This document shows, piece by piece, positions 49,618-62,260 of a stretch of 64,000 nucleotides of DNA. This stretch comes from Anolis carolinensis (Eukaryota), in contig NC_085843.1 of NCBI RefSeq assembly GCF_035594765.1, positions 145,305,971-145,369,970 of the forward strand, given 5' to 3'. Under the pieces are notes generated by a model. The model saw only the letters and a list, made by a program, of their open reading frames with translations. It was not told the DNA's origin and did not search any database. Numbering within the stretch: the stretch's first letter is position 1; each line of letters begins with the position of its first letter. Made by a program: the position numbers and the translations under genes.

Positions 49618-51758
49618 TTCCCCATCTCAGACACTGGGATGAAGATTCAAAGCTACCATAACAAAGAACATACACAAGCTTGCGTGTGTGTTTAGAGACC
49701 TCACTATTATTTAATCTCTAATGAAATGTTTGAAAGACATCGTGTCATTTTATATCCTGATTCAAATTAAACTCTGCAAAACCAGGTCATTGGATGTTGT
49801 TCTGGTTTACATCCAAATTACTGTCACATCAGTAACACATAGGGATGTCCTATTATTATAGGGCCAAGGCTGGCAAAGCAAGGAAGCATTAGCATATAGA
49901 CCTTCTGGCAGGGATGCTTTCCACTTAGCACTGGGCATTCTGATGGATTTCTCAACTCTCAGCTGCCTTCCAACTCATTATCCCATTTGTCTTCGTTAGA
50001 CTAAATTGGCAGTTATGTCTTCATGGCAAATGTTAGGATTTTTTCCCAATGATCAGTGAGGAAGGAGCAAAAGACAAATAAAAAGGGCTTCCTCCACTGC
50101 CAACCATCTCCCTCCAATGTAACCTGTAATCTCTCTATTATAAATACAAGGGATTGATTGGCACTATATTCTAGATGTAAATTCATTATCAAGGTCCAAT
50201 ATAGTCAGTAAAGGTATACATACCTTTACATAAAAGTGTTGTTCCTCTGTCCAATTTCTATGACAGAAACAAATTTACTGTGTGACCTGGCATCAAAATA
50301 ATATTTACCACTAATTCAGTAGAACAAGACATTTTATCTCCACAGAATTTTGATACAGAAGTCACACAGAATATAATGTTGAAGCTACTAGACATCGTTC
50401 AATATTGTCAACTGAAAATTTGGTAATCATATGTCCAGGTTTCAATCATCTGGACATATGATTGTTTGTTTGCTGTGCTGAGACAAAAAAAAAAGGCACT
50501 ACCTCAAGAAATATATTGCATTTTGCTGACGGTCTCCCCCACCCTCTCTCTACATAAACAACAATGTACTCTTTTTTCATTTTGTGGGTTGATCATGAAG
50601 CAGATGGCAGAGTGAGAAGTCAAAGTAGCTCCTCCTTTATTATTTATTAATATTATAAAAGGCATTATTCCTGATGTTCTGAATACTGCTGTGCTTGGCA
50701 ATGATGATTTGCTAAGATAGTTAGATTGTAGTGGAACCTATTTCTATGGTAGCACCATCAATTATAGCTGTGGATTTGTACAGAATGCTTTTTTAAGGGA
50801 TCCAGATAGCAGCACGATGTAAATATGTCACCATATTATCCCACACTGAGAGGATTGAGAAAGCCATTTCCCACTGGTAAAAATAGGGATGCAAAAGTAG
50901 CAACTTAGCATACCCAACTGTATAGAGAGAGAGGAAGTGTCTTTAATTCTGTACCTCCAGGCACTCCTAGAGGCATTGTGAAACCTTGCAATATGTTGGA
51001 ATTCCCATAAAATCAGAAAATATTCCAAATGTCCCTGAGTGTTTTTAATCAACCTCAATAAGGTTTGAAACACATTTGGAGAAATTTCCTTAAGTAAAGC
51101 ATTTCTGGTAAACCAGTTTCAGTAAGACCAGGGGAGGGTGGCTTTTATTATTGAGGTGATGGTGGTTCGCATATACAAGAATAAACAAATCATTTTTCCC
51201 ACAAGTTACATGAGCTGTGGAGGATTTTTGTGCATTTCTAATCCTTCCAAGACTTTTCTACTCACAAAAGAAGTTTCAATTGTGCAAACACCTTGAATCT
51301 CTGGAGAAAAGACAATCTCTAAATCCAATGAATATAATAATAAGTACACACACACACTCACCATGCTGCTTACAATGTAAAAGAAATTCTTCTTCCCAAA
51401 AGGGTCCTGAAATATTAAAAATGTCATGGTAGTTGACCATTTTCTCAACTGCATAGTATCTCAAAGTTGCTAGGTTCCATCAGAAGATCCTTTAAATCAG
51501 CTGTCCCTCCAAATGACTAGATATTAGGGATGTGTGCGAAAATGGTTTCTTCGTTTACTTCATGCTATTGTTTCATTTTGACCGTTCGTTTACACAAAAT
51601 GAATATGACATTTTCATAGGAAACGAGAGGTGGCACGAAAATGAAAGCTGCACAGTCATGGTGCTTACTTTCAGTTTTCTTTCATTTCTGCCCTGTAACA
51701 ATAAGCGGGTACTGACAGAGGGCTGCTTTCCCATTACGCTTGATGTGTACCAATGGGT

Positions 51759-51807
<49 letters not shown>

Positions 51808-51899
51808 ATCCACACGCTAGGTAGCTACTCTGGGAATCTAACGCTGAGCCTGGGAGAGGAAAGCCTCCACATTACATCTGATGTGTGTGGAAATGGGTG

Positions 51900-51944
<45 letters not shown>

Positions 51945-51946
51945 TC

Positions 51947-53415
51947 TTTTTTGTGCGGTTTTCTGGCATTGTATATTTTTGCCGCTTCTGTGACTGTTCA
52001 TTTGGGTTTTGATGATTCCGTAGCCCACTTGTCGATGGATGTCCAGAATCAGCAGCATCCACCGCGGTCCTTTTTATCCTGGGCGACGACCGAGCCAGTA
52101 TAGACTTCGTTTGGGTTTGATTCTCCATAATGCTAATGGGTTAGGTGCTCTTGGTTGTGCTCCTCAGCTGAGGCCTCTCTGGCTTGGTTGGACCTGCCGG
52201 TAGTTACACTACCGCCAGCACAGCCCTCAGTCATCATTGGAGCAGCTAAGCCCCCCCCCCACCACCACGTCAAGGTGGCACCTGCGGGGGACAATTTGGA
52301 CAGAAAAACAAGAAAACTCATGACCATTCATCATTCACTGCACCCTCGCAGTGATGTTGACCGGCTATATCTGCCTAGAAGATCAGGGGGCAGAGACTCT
52401 TACAAGTAAAGCAAGCAGTCAAAGAAGAAGAACATGCCCTGGCAGAATATGTCAAGCAAAGTGAAGAACCTGCTTTGATTGAAGTCAAAAATCAGAAACT
52501 CCTCAAAACACAGCAGACAAAAAACCAGTACAAGAAAACCGCACTACAAACTAGAGCTGACAGCTGGCACAACAAAACACTGCATGGAAAGTTCCTTGAC
52601 AAAATTGAAGGAAAAGCTGATAAGGAGAAGACCTGGCTCTGGCTCACGAATGGGACCCTGAAGAAGGAGACAGAAGGCCTGATCCTTGCAGCCCAGGAGC
52701 AAGCCATCAGAACAAATGCAATTAAGGCCAAGATTGAAAAATCAGCTGATGACCCAAAATGCAGACTGTGCAAGGAAACCGACGAAACCATTGATCATAT
52801 CCTCAGCTGCTGTAAGAAAATCGCACAGACAGACTACAAACAGAGGCACAACTATGTGACCCAAATGATTCATTGGAACTTATGCCTCAAGTACCACCTC
52901 CCAGCAGCAAAGAACTGGTGGGATCACAAACCTGCAAAAGTATTGGAAAATGAACATGCAAAGATACTGTGGGACTTCCGAATCCAGACTGACAAAGTTC
53001 TGGAACACAACACACCAGACATCACAGTTGTGGAAAAGAACAAGGTTTGGATCATTGATGTTGCCATCCCAGGTGACAGTCGCATAGATGAAAAACAACA
53101 GGAAAAACTCAGCCGCTATCAGGACCTCAAGATTGAACTTCAAAGACTCTGGCAGAAACCAGTACAGGTGGTCCCGGTGGTGATGGGCACACTGGGTGCT
53201 GTGCCAAAAGATCTCAGCCGGCATTTGGAAACAATAGACATTGACAAAATCACCATCTGCCAACTGCAAAAGGCCACCCTACTGGGATCTGCACACATCA
53301 TCAGAAAATACATCACACAGTCCTAGACACTTGGGAAGTGTTCGACTTGTGGTTTTGCGAAACGAAATCCAGCATATCTATCTTGTTTGCTGTGCCATAC
53401 AACGTCGTTGTGTTG
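51947..53415 (+). mobile_element. R4/Dong-clade (RLE) LINE in a (TAA)n target, with inverted 5' end
   Basis: Forward part ~52289-53415. Inverted 5' UTR plus ORF start at 51947-52288 (MENQTQ..RQKYTMPENRT on minus). TSD ..ATAATAATATC on both sides. Confidence 0.9.
52475..53326 (+). pseudogene. R4/Dong ORF C-terminal fragment: CCHC zinc knuckle + restriction-like endonuclease
   Basis: CRLCKETDETIDHILSCC, RHN, PDITVVEKNKVWIIDVAIP, KLSRYQDL. The upstream part (DRKTRKLMT..RLYLPRRSGGR) is offset by a frameshift near 52395. Confidence 0.9.
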
Positions 53416-54948
53416 ATAATAATAATATCAATAGTATTCATGTTAGTACTTAAATGTTTGGAAGATCCAAACATTTAAAAAGCTGGTTGGCTAAAAGGAA
53501 TTGAAATGCCCTCCATGTGTCATGATTTTCACCCCTCTAGCACAAAAACCAAGGGGGGGGGGATGAGCCTCGAAAGTCCTCCCATTGCCGCCAATAGCAT
53601 GATAATTTTCATGTTTTTTGTTAACCAGATGAAAATTCATGTCATATAGGTGGCCCATTTTCGTTAGTGGGAACAAAATACAAAAATGAGACAACATGAT
53701 TGAAACTACACAAAACGAACAGCAATTCCATATACAAGCACAACACTAGAGATAGTTCCTGGAAGGGGGATATCATTTTCCATCCTGGCTAAGGATAATG
53801 TGGTCAAAGTTTTGTGTGTAACAAGAATAATATACAGTAAAAAGTAAATAGAGAGCTTAAGGTTTCCCAGACAGAGCTCCTTATGCTAGCTCTTAAAAAG
53901 CACTAGGTAACATTTCTCCTCAACAGATTGTTTGTGGCAAAGAAGAAGATGTAGGAAATGGTGGAAGAAACAATAAAAGGTTGTGAAGGGACAATGACAT
54001 TATCTGAAGCTCCTGTAAAAGTCAGTGAATGAGGTAGCATGATGGTGTGAAAAAGTACAATAAATAGACTTAAATACAACCTGAATAGAGTTGCCATGTA
54101 ATAAACAAGGCTATAATGATGTGACCATGGCTGAATATATAATGTTTAGAGTGTTAAATAAATAAATGTCTTACAAATACGACAGCTGGAAACTACATTT
54201 TTAAAACTATGCATTGAAATTAGGGAAGATGAATCCAAACTTTGCCCAGCCATGCTTTCAGGTTTTTTTTGCAAGCATTTCATTTATTCACGTTATTTAA
54301 CAACATGTGTGTTGTAGTCTCTTATATTGTTATTAAAGGTCACCCAAAGCTAGCTTTGAATGGCAGTGTGTGTGTGGGGGGGGGGGGAGGGGTGTCTCTA
54401 TCCCCCCTTTAAATTATTTTCCAATAATAGTTCTACACTGGGGCATGCATTCATCTGAAAGGAAATTTTCTCATTTTTAATGGATGGTTCCCATTAACCA
54501 GTGCCAATGTTAATGCCTCATTCTTATCTTCTTCCGTTTTCTTTTATAGTCAGAGTTGTGAAATTCTCATTCATTCTCCAAATCATAGCCATCATAATTA
54601 TATTAACTAGTTACTCTCTAAGGTGCTACAAGATCCCTTGCATAAATCATATTGTAATAAAGCTAGTAATAACCACCACATATATTGGGAAGAAAATGAT
54701 GGTGATAATGATGATGATAGATCAGCAGGGCAGTATTGATCAATACATCAGTTCTATCTATGCATGTTTATTTGTGGTTAATATAAGATATTACTTTAAA
54801 ATGCTGAAAATGTAACATCTCAGCTGTAGTTTCAAGGTTTTCCTTGGGAGCAGAGAGGCAAAAGAAGAGACATGGGGGAAAGGGCACAAGGATGGATGGA
54901 AGGAGGAAACATGCAGAACTAGAAGCCAACCATAGCAAGAAGGGTTTA

Positions 54949-55414
54949 TTTATTTATTTATTTATTTACAGTATTTATATTCCGCCCTTCTCACCCCGAA
55001 GGGGACTCAGGGCGGATTACAATGAACACATATATGGCAAACATTCAATGCCAACAGACAACAACATACATTAGACAGACTCAGAGGCATTTTTAACATT
55101 TTTCCAGCTTCACGATTTCGGCCACAGGGGGAGCTGTTGCTTCACCGTCCAGTAGTGGCTGTACTTCCGCATTCCTTTCTTCGTGTTTTGCTAGCAGTTT
55201 TTTTTATGGTGTTGTAAATTAGCCTCCCGCATAAAGCGTCCCTAAATTTCCCTAACTGACAGGTGCAACTGTCTTTTGGGGCTGCAAAGGTCAACAGCAA
55301 GCCAGGGCTATTAATGGTCGGAGGCTTAACCCGACCCGGGCTTTGAACTCATGACCTCGGTCAGTAGTGATTTATAGCAGCTGGTTACTAGCCAGCTGCG
55401 CCACAGCCCGCCCC
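54949..55414 (-). mobile_element. Anolis-type SINE2 (tRNA head, L2-like tail)
   Basis: Minus head GGGCGGGCTGTGGCGCAGCTGG (A box) and GAGTTCAAAGCC (B box); L2-like hairpin with (AAAT)n tail; possible TSD GGTTTA. Confidence 0.85.
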
Positions 55415-55662
55415 GGTTTAAGAGAAAGCATTTGAGACTTCGGTTTGCAATTGGTTTGGGAGAAAACGATTTCATTGTAGTTGTAAAATTTGTTGATTTC
55501 TCCATTGCCAAAGAAACTCTAGGGACTGGTATAGCTGTATAAAAAGCAACTTCATTGTGTGGATGATTACAATGTCATGAAATAAACAGGAAGACAATTA
55601 CATTAACGATGGAACTGTTTACAGTATTGAAGTAATTTTAAAAAAATTATTTCTGATTGATA

Positions 55663-56081
55663 CCGTGTTTCCCCGAAAATAAGACAGTGTCTTATATTAA
55701 TTTTTGCTCCCAAAGATGTGCTAGGTCTTATTTTCAGGAGAGGTCTTATTTTTCCATGAAGAAGAATTCACATTTATTGTTGAACAACAAAATGAACATT
55801 TATTATATACTGTACAGTAGTTGTCATCACAAACCACCGTATCCAGACAAACTGTGAATCCTATCAAGAATTTCTTGTTACTACCAATATTTCTATGTAC
55901 AACACTTTATGGTACATACATTTACCGATCCTGCATGCTCTGGTGTTCTGTTCGGCAGGCATGCTTCCAAACAAAAACTTTGCTAGGTCTTACTTTCAGG
56001 GGAGGCCTTATATTTAGCAATTCAGCAAAACCTGTACTAAGTCTTATTTTCTGGGGATGTCTTATTTTAGGGGAAACAGGG
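55663..56081. mobile_element. Tc1/mariner (Tigger/pogo-like) MITE
   Basis: TIRs CCGTGTTTCCCCGAAAATAAGACA / TGTCTTATTTTAGGGGAAACAGGG; TA TSD. Confidence 0.9.
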
Positions 56082-56339
56082 TATGTGTACCAGCACTCCC
56101 GAGGCATAAGAAGTAAAAAAAAAAAAAAAAAGGGGGGGTGTATGATATCAATTATACATCCCAGGGGGTCGGTTTGCCCTCTGCTGCCTCTTGGAGCATA
56201 TTTGGCAGCCCCCTATCCTCTCAATCTTAATTTCAACTCCAATGTAGACAAGTGTATTTAAAACACTTTGCATTCTAAAAAGCCAATTTTGCTATGCAAT
56301 GTGATTTAGATTTAAGGTTTGCCAAAGCACATTAAGGGG

Positions 56340-56344
<5 letters not shown>

Positions 56345-56398
<54 letters not shown>

Positions 56399-56620
56399 GA
56401 CACAAAGACATAGTATGACACAGCAAACAAGATATATATGCTGGATTTCGTGTCACAAAATCATAAGTCGAACACTTTCCAAGTGATGTATTTTCGAATG
56501 ATGTGTGCAGATCCCAATAAGGTGGCCTTTTGCAGTTGACAGATCGTAATTTTGTCAATGTTTATTGTTTTCAAATGCTGGCTGAGATCGTTTGACACGC
56601 ACCCAGTATGCTGATTACCA
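56345..56620 (-). mobile_element. R4/Dong LINE 3' end with (TAA)n tail
   Basis: Reverse complement of ~53175-53415 with a small deletion; (TTA)n at 56345-56398. Confidence 0.85.
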
Positions 56621-56668
56621 CAAACAATTAATGACTGTGGATAGATGTGGGCAGAAAAGCAGATAGAA

Positions 56669-56790
56669 ACCTGTGGTCCCCAGGTGTTTTGGCCTACAAC
56701 TCCCAGAAATCCCAGCCAGTTTACCAGCTGTTAGGACTTCTGGGAGTTGAAGGCCAAACCATCTGGAGACCCACCGATTGAGAACCACTG
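56669..56790. mobile_element. hAT (Charlie-like) MITE, left TIR missing
   Basis: Near-identical to 62926-63060; ends TTGAGAACCACTG. Confidence 0.85.
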
Positions 56791-58803
56791 GATTAAAGGA
56801 AAGGATAAGTTGCCTAAGCTAGGAGATGAGAAAAGAGGGGGTGGTATAGGGGACAGAAGTGAGGATGAGGAGATAAACAGGTAGGAGTTGTGGGAAGTGG
56901 TGTGTTCACTGTTAAACCATGCTATTTATTTACACTGAGTCTTAGTGGTGGCTATGGTTTGAGAAACTTTGAGACAGGGAAAAGAGATGAAAAAAGGGGA
57001 CAGATAGTTCTCCTGGAGAGTTTATAGCAGGAGTTACAAAAGCATTCTGCAGCAGAGGGCAACAGCAGTATCTCTGTGTATATGCATTTACTAGTGCATG
57101 TAGATTATATGTTTGTGGAATATACACACATTATTTTCAATACAATGATCTTTCTCTGAGATTCTTCCCATTTGTTTTGAGGACTAGATAAAGAAGACAC
57201 AATCTGAGCTCTGGAATCCCTATGCTTAGAAAATATTCAGAGAAATACATACAGAGAGTTATAATTGAAGATAGAACATTTCTGAATTTCAAAATGTAAT
57301 CTCACTGTTTTTTGAGATGCAGGAGTGTGTTTTTTTATTAGAGTGGCAAGTGCACAGGTGAATAACCAAGGAGAAAACTAGCCAGTTGAACATCATACAA
57401 GAGAAGCAGCTTGAACAGAATTGTAGTTCAGGCACTCAAGGATCTAGACACAAAAGTCATCCAACGCCTGACAGGAAGTAACCAAGAATAATTATCCAAA
57501 ATCCAGAAACCAGAAACCAGTATAATAAGACATCAAACTAAGCAATGTGGAGGCCTTGGAACTATCATTCACAGCAAGGGAATTGTCTTGGATATGTAAT
57601 ATTTTGTTCCTTTTGAGACCAGCAGAGTTTTTTCTTCTCTTCTGCAGCTTGTTTCACTTAGTGGCATTAATGATGATGATTATCATAATCATCATTATTA
57701 ACCTGGGACACAAGATAGTTTACTCACTGCTGATCTCTCTCTCTTTCTACACACACACCAAATACAAAAGTTATAAAGTTCATTAAACTAGACATAAATG
57801 AAAGCCAATTAAAAACCTAGTGATTTGGAAATAATAAAAACAAACAGGAAGCCCACACAGATATAGACAGTACAAAACAATTCTGCAAGATCCAGTTCCC
57901 AAGCATTAAGTCTTGAAAGGTCTGTTAGGAGGAAAAAGTAATAATAAAATAATAATAAAATAATGTGGAATACTCATTTACTTCAATGTGATCAGTTTCC
58001 ACAGGCATTACAATGTGCATTTACCCACATGCAATAATACTAACAAGAAAAGCAAGCAAGAAACTTTATCCCCCTTGGAAATAGTGTCATGTTGCATTTG
58101 GGGAAACAATGTGGAAATGGGAGCCTTTTTGCAGTTAATCAGCATGGAAGGCCATTGCAGAAGAGAAAGCTATAAATGCTTCAGGATGCACTGCTTAACT
58201 TAGTCACATCTGGCACTGCAGCTTCTCTTCCGTTCAGTGACACTTCTAAGACCCATTTGAACTCTAATAGCTGCTGCCAGGTATTAGTAGCATTCTTCCC
58301 CACCGACTCATTTCTTTCAAATTATCACATGTCTGCTTGGCTAATACTGCATTTCAGAATAATTACAAGTGAACAAACAGAACCCGTCTGTCAGAGTCAT
58401 CACTCCTCAAGAACTCCCAACTCCCTCAACCTCCCAAATTAAATCTAGTTAAGCTCACAGACAATCTCTCCCATGCTTCCCATTGCAAGTTTGAAAAATA
58501 TGACTGAAAGGTTAAAGATAGGAATTAAATCTTGCATCTGAAGGTCACAAAGAAAGTTGAGCAGCTTAAGTTGACTTCTCATCAAGCCTAATTGGGAAAA
58601 AAATTGTAACATTCATTCTTAGCTCTTACGTGCACTTTCCATTCTTATATTCTAATGCTCTGTGTCTGGCCAATCAATTTCCAGGATTGTGGGGTTCATC
58701 AACACTAGGCACTTTAAAACTACACAATTATGCTACTACAGTTTCACTGCCATGGCTGCATTCTTGGGAATCCCAGGGTTTGTGGTTTGGTGAGGCACTA
58801 GAG

Positions 58804-58969
58804 GGCCCCATCTACACTGCCATTATAATACAGATTGAACTAATCAGTGTAGACTCACATAATGCAGTTTAATTGTATAGAACCAAATTATATGACCATA
58901 TAATCTGGTCCAGTGCAATGATTGAACTATATGACTAATTTGCATTATAAAGGCAGTGTCGATGGGGCC
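58804..58969. mobile_element. PIF/Harbinger-like MITE inside another palindromic MITE (~58740-59060)
   Basis: TIRs GGCCCCATCTACACTGCC / GGCAGTGTCGATGGGGCC. Confidence 0.8.
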
Positions 58970-59437
58970 AAGGAGCTCTCTGGCTGCAAATTCTAAAGGC
59001 TTCTCTCTAAACTGCAAATCCTAGGATGCTATAGCTGCGAAATGTGAAAGTAGCTACTGCTAAGGGTAGTATTTTTCATTCTGTTGCAGTGAGAAGTATG
59101 AGTGATGTTAAAAAGACAGCAACTGCTTAGGCCTATAGGAGAATGACTGTATGTTGGTCCGTATGTATACTTGACCCCATTTTGGGCACATATGCTGGTC
59201 TATATATGTACTTGTGCCCATATTTGATTATACGTGCTTATAATAGCATGACACTTATTCTCTTGAAATGTTTATACTATTTGTAAATTGTTTTATTTCT
59301 ACAAGTGAGATATATGGCAGGGTATTTTAATGTTAATAATGGGCTTGTCCCCATGTGAGCCCATTATTAACATTAAAATAACCTGCCATATATCTCACCT
59401 GTAGAAATAAAACAATGGGCTTGTCTCCATGTGAAAT

Positions 59438-59770
59438 GGGGCCCCTGGTGGCACAGTGTGTTAAAGCGCTTAGCTGCTGAACTTGTGGACTGAAAGGTGC
59501 CAGGTTCAAATCCCGAGAGCGGAATGAGCGCCTGCTGTTAGCCCCAGCTCCTGCCAACCAAGCAGTTCGAAAACATGCCAATGTGAGTAGATCAATAGGT
59601 ACCGCTCCGGCGGGAAGGTAACAGCACTCCATGCAGTCATGCCAGCCACATGACCTTGGGGGTATCTATGGACAACACCAACTCTTCAGCTTAGAAATGG
59701 AGATGAGCACCAACCCCCCGAGTCGGTCACGACTGGACTTAGTCAGGGGAAACCTTTACCTTTACCTTAC
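59438..59770 (+). mobile_element. Sauria SINE, full length, inside an L2-type tail
   Basis: Head GGGGCCCCTGGTGGCACAGTG; B-box GGTTCAAATCC; (ACCTTT)n tail; CCATGTGA on both flanks. Confidence 0.95.
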
Positions 59771-59831
59771 CCCATGTGAGCTGCTCTGAGTCCCTTCAGG
59801 GAGATGGAGGCAGCATACAAAAATAAAATTA

Positions 59832-59886
<55 letters not shown>

Positions 59887-59979
59887 CCTTTAATGTTTAA
59901 AGAAAGAAATAAAACCACTTTCTCAAACAACCTGCATGTATACACTCAGGTATTTTAAAAATGTATGACCTCTTTAGTG

Positions 59980-60220
59980 AATAATAGAATCATAGAAGTG
60001 GAAGAGACAACATCTAATCCAGCCCCATGTCATGCAGAGATACACAATCAAAGTGCTTTTGAGAGTTGGCAATCCAGTCTCAGTTTAAAAGCCTCCAGAG
60101 ATAGAAATACCATCACACCTGAGGCAATGTATTTCTCTGTCAAAAAACCCCCCTCCCCTCTAACCTGCTCCTCATAGGGTATGATTTCCAGACCATTGAG
60201 GGGGTTGGTCCTTCCTCTGA
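59980..60220 (-). mobile_element. CR1 3' end, degraded
   Basis: ATAGAATCATAGAAGTGGAAGAGAC tail and CR1 3' text on minus. Confidence 0.65.
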
Positions 60221-60224
60221 ATAC

Positions 60225-60745
60225 ATTTATTTATTTATTTATTTATTTATTTATTTCCAATATTTGTATCCCACCCTTCTCACCCAAAGGGACTCAGGGC
60301 GGCTTACAACAATGGTAACAATTCGATGCCTACACAAAAACAATATCAAACAATACATAAAATCAATTAAAACTATTAAATACAATATAAAATTACAATA
60401 TATAAATTTAAAACATTTGATCAGATCCGTTCACCCAGAAAACCTCATGCTGTATCCATAGGTCCATCCGTGTCATCTTTATCATTTATTCCTTGAAAGC
60501 CTGGGCACATAGCCATGTTTTTAGGGCTCTTCTGAAGCCCAAAAAGGTTGGGATTTGTTGGATATCTTTGGGGAGGGTGTTCTACAGCTGGGGAGCCACC
60601 ACCGAGAGGGCCCTGTCCCTCGTTCCCACCAGCCGTGCTTGCAAGGCAGGTGGGACCGAGAACAGGGCCTCTCCAGATGATCTTAGGGATCATAGGAGGA
60701 GATATGTTTGGACAAGTAGATTGGGCCAGAACCATTTAGGGCTTT
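60225..60745 (-). mobile_element. L2 3' end
   Basis: (ATTT)n tail; reverse complement of 48340-48610 and the 3' hairpin. Confidence 0.85.
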
Positions 60746-61831
60746 ACATTCCAGCTTGTCCTTATCCTTCTTGAACTGGACTCTATTCAGGAGACATCTG
60801 ACCAAAGCAGCATAAACTGCTACTCTCCACTCCCCCCCCCCATGCCTTCTCATTCACCTTCCTTGATTACGTTTTGGGGGACTGAGTAGGAATTTTATCC
60901 CTTCCACCTCCTCTGCAGTAGGAGGTAGCTCACCAACTCTGCACAGACTTATCAAGATGGGTATTAGTTGTGAGGTTACCATATTTGAAGAGATAGACAG
61001 GCATATTCAGAAAAATTGTGAAAGGCAGTGGTCTTGCAAGGCTTTGGGAGAGTCCTGAAGGATCCAGGAAAGGGTACTAGACCAATGAAGAGACCTATTC
61101 TCAGAGTCTGCATGATCCATGGGCAGGATATGTAGGGGGAGGGCTTTTTGCAGAAAATACCAGCATCCACTTAAATCTGTCAAGCCTAAAGCAAAGGTGC
61201 TGGTGAAGTCTTCCTTCCCCAATTGTAATAGTGGAGTGAGATTCCATTCTGAGTAAAGGTCCATCTGGCGAAACTATATGCCTCAAGAATGGGGATAGAT
61301 TTCCCTGCTTATTGGTTTCCCATCACAAATCTTTTGTTAAATTAATAAAGTGGCCTGAGTTCAATCCCAATGCACTTGTCTCACTTCGTTATTCCATTTC
61401 TAAATGCAATGACTTTTTCCTCTGAATGCAATTAAGCAAACCAGACATTTGTGATGTCTCACTCTGAAAGGGAATCCTGATCAGCTGCAGCTTCCTGTTG
61501 AATAGATTGTTCTGTTGAATCGGGAGGTTCCATAGCAAGTTTAATTGCCACTTCTCTGTTGTCTTTCTGCCAACAGGGAAAGGACTTTTATTTAGGAAGC
61601 CCTTGGTGGGATGTGCTGTATTTTTATATTGTTAATTTTATATTGTATTTTTATATTGTTTTATATTTTAATTATGTTTAAAGCATATTTTAAAACAATT
61701 ACAAACTATATGCTATGTCCCTTCCTATGGAAGAAGACAGGATACACATTAAATATAGACATGCAAACAAATAAACAAATTTTTGCCATGTTTTACGTGT
61801 TTATAATAAGTGGAAGGAATCAGCATAACGA

Positions 61832-62260
61832 GACCCCATTTACACTGCCATATAATGTAGTTTGAAACTCCATTCTATGAAGTGTGTAGACTTATATAAT
61901 GCAGTTTAATTGTGTTGAGCTACATTTTATGAGTTTACATCAGAGCTTTCCAAGTTGTGTGTCAGCACACATTAATGTGTTGGTTGCAGTGTATAGGTGT
62001 GTTACCTGAACATAACAAGAATTGATAAAAAAAAATCTTGGAAATATATGTTATTATCTTAGAAATCATATATTTGCCAAAAATATAAAAAGAATTTTCA
62101 TAAGATTTCTTGTGTCCCCAGACATTTTGTTATTAAAATTTATGTATGTGTCCCTATCTTTTATAATATCTGGTTTGCCAGTAAAACTGTGTTGTGAAAG
62201 TGTGCCAGCAACATAAAATGTTTGGAAAGTTCTGGTCTACATTGACTATGTAATGCAATA
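61832..62260. mobile_element. Harbinger-like MITE (family of 58804) split by a hAT insertion
   Basis: Starts GACCCCATTTACACTGCCATATAATG; resumes after 62242. Confidence 0.6.
61941..62234. mobile_element. Non-autonomous hAT element
   Basis: TIRs CAGAGCTTTCCAA / TTGGAAAGTTCTG; 8-bp TSD GTTTACAT / GTCTACAT. Confidence 0.8.

Larger units (their letters stand above)
51525..53748. mobile_element. Non-autonomous hAT element hosting an R4 LINE
   Basis: Left TIR TAGGGATGTG; degenerate right TIR GCACAACACTA; flanks CTAGATAT / CTAGAGAT-like. Confidence 0.6.

Noticed and set aside
51532-52103. ORFs with YIYIYI, poly-I, poly-Y and poly-L runs
   Set aside because: Microsatellite artefacts; only the MENQTQ..ENRT part is real (R4 N-terminus).
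59438-59520. tRNA-like A/B boxes
   Set aside because: These are SINE heads (also 55330-55414), not tRNA genes.
60960-61415. Possible + strand LTR ending after AATAAA at ~61344
   Set aside because: No clear TG..CA termini or TSD could be found.
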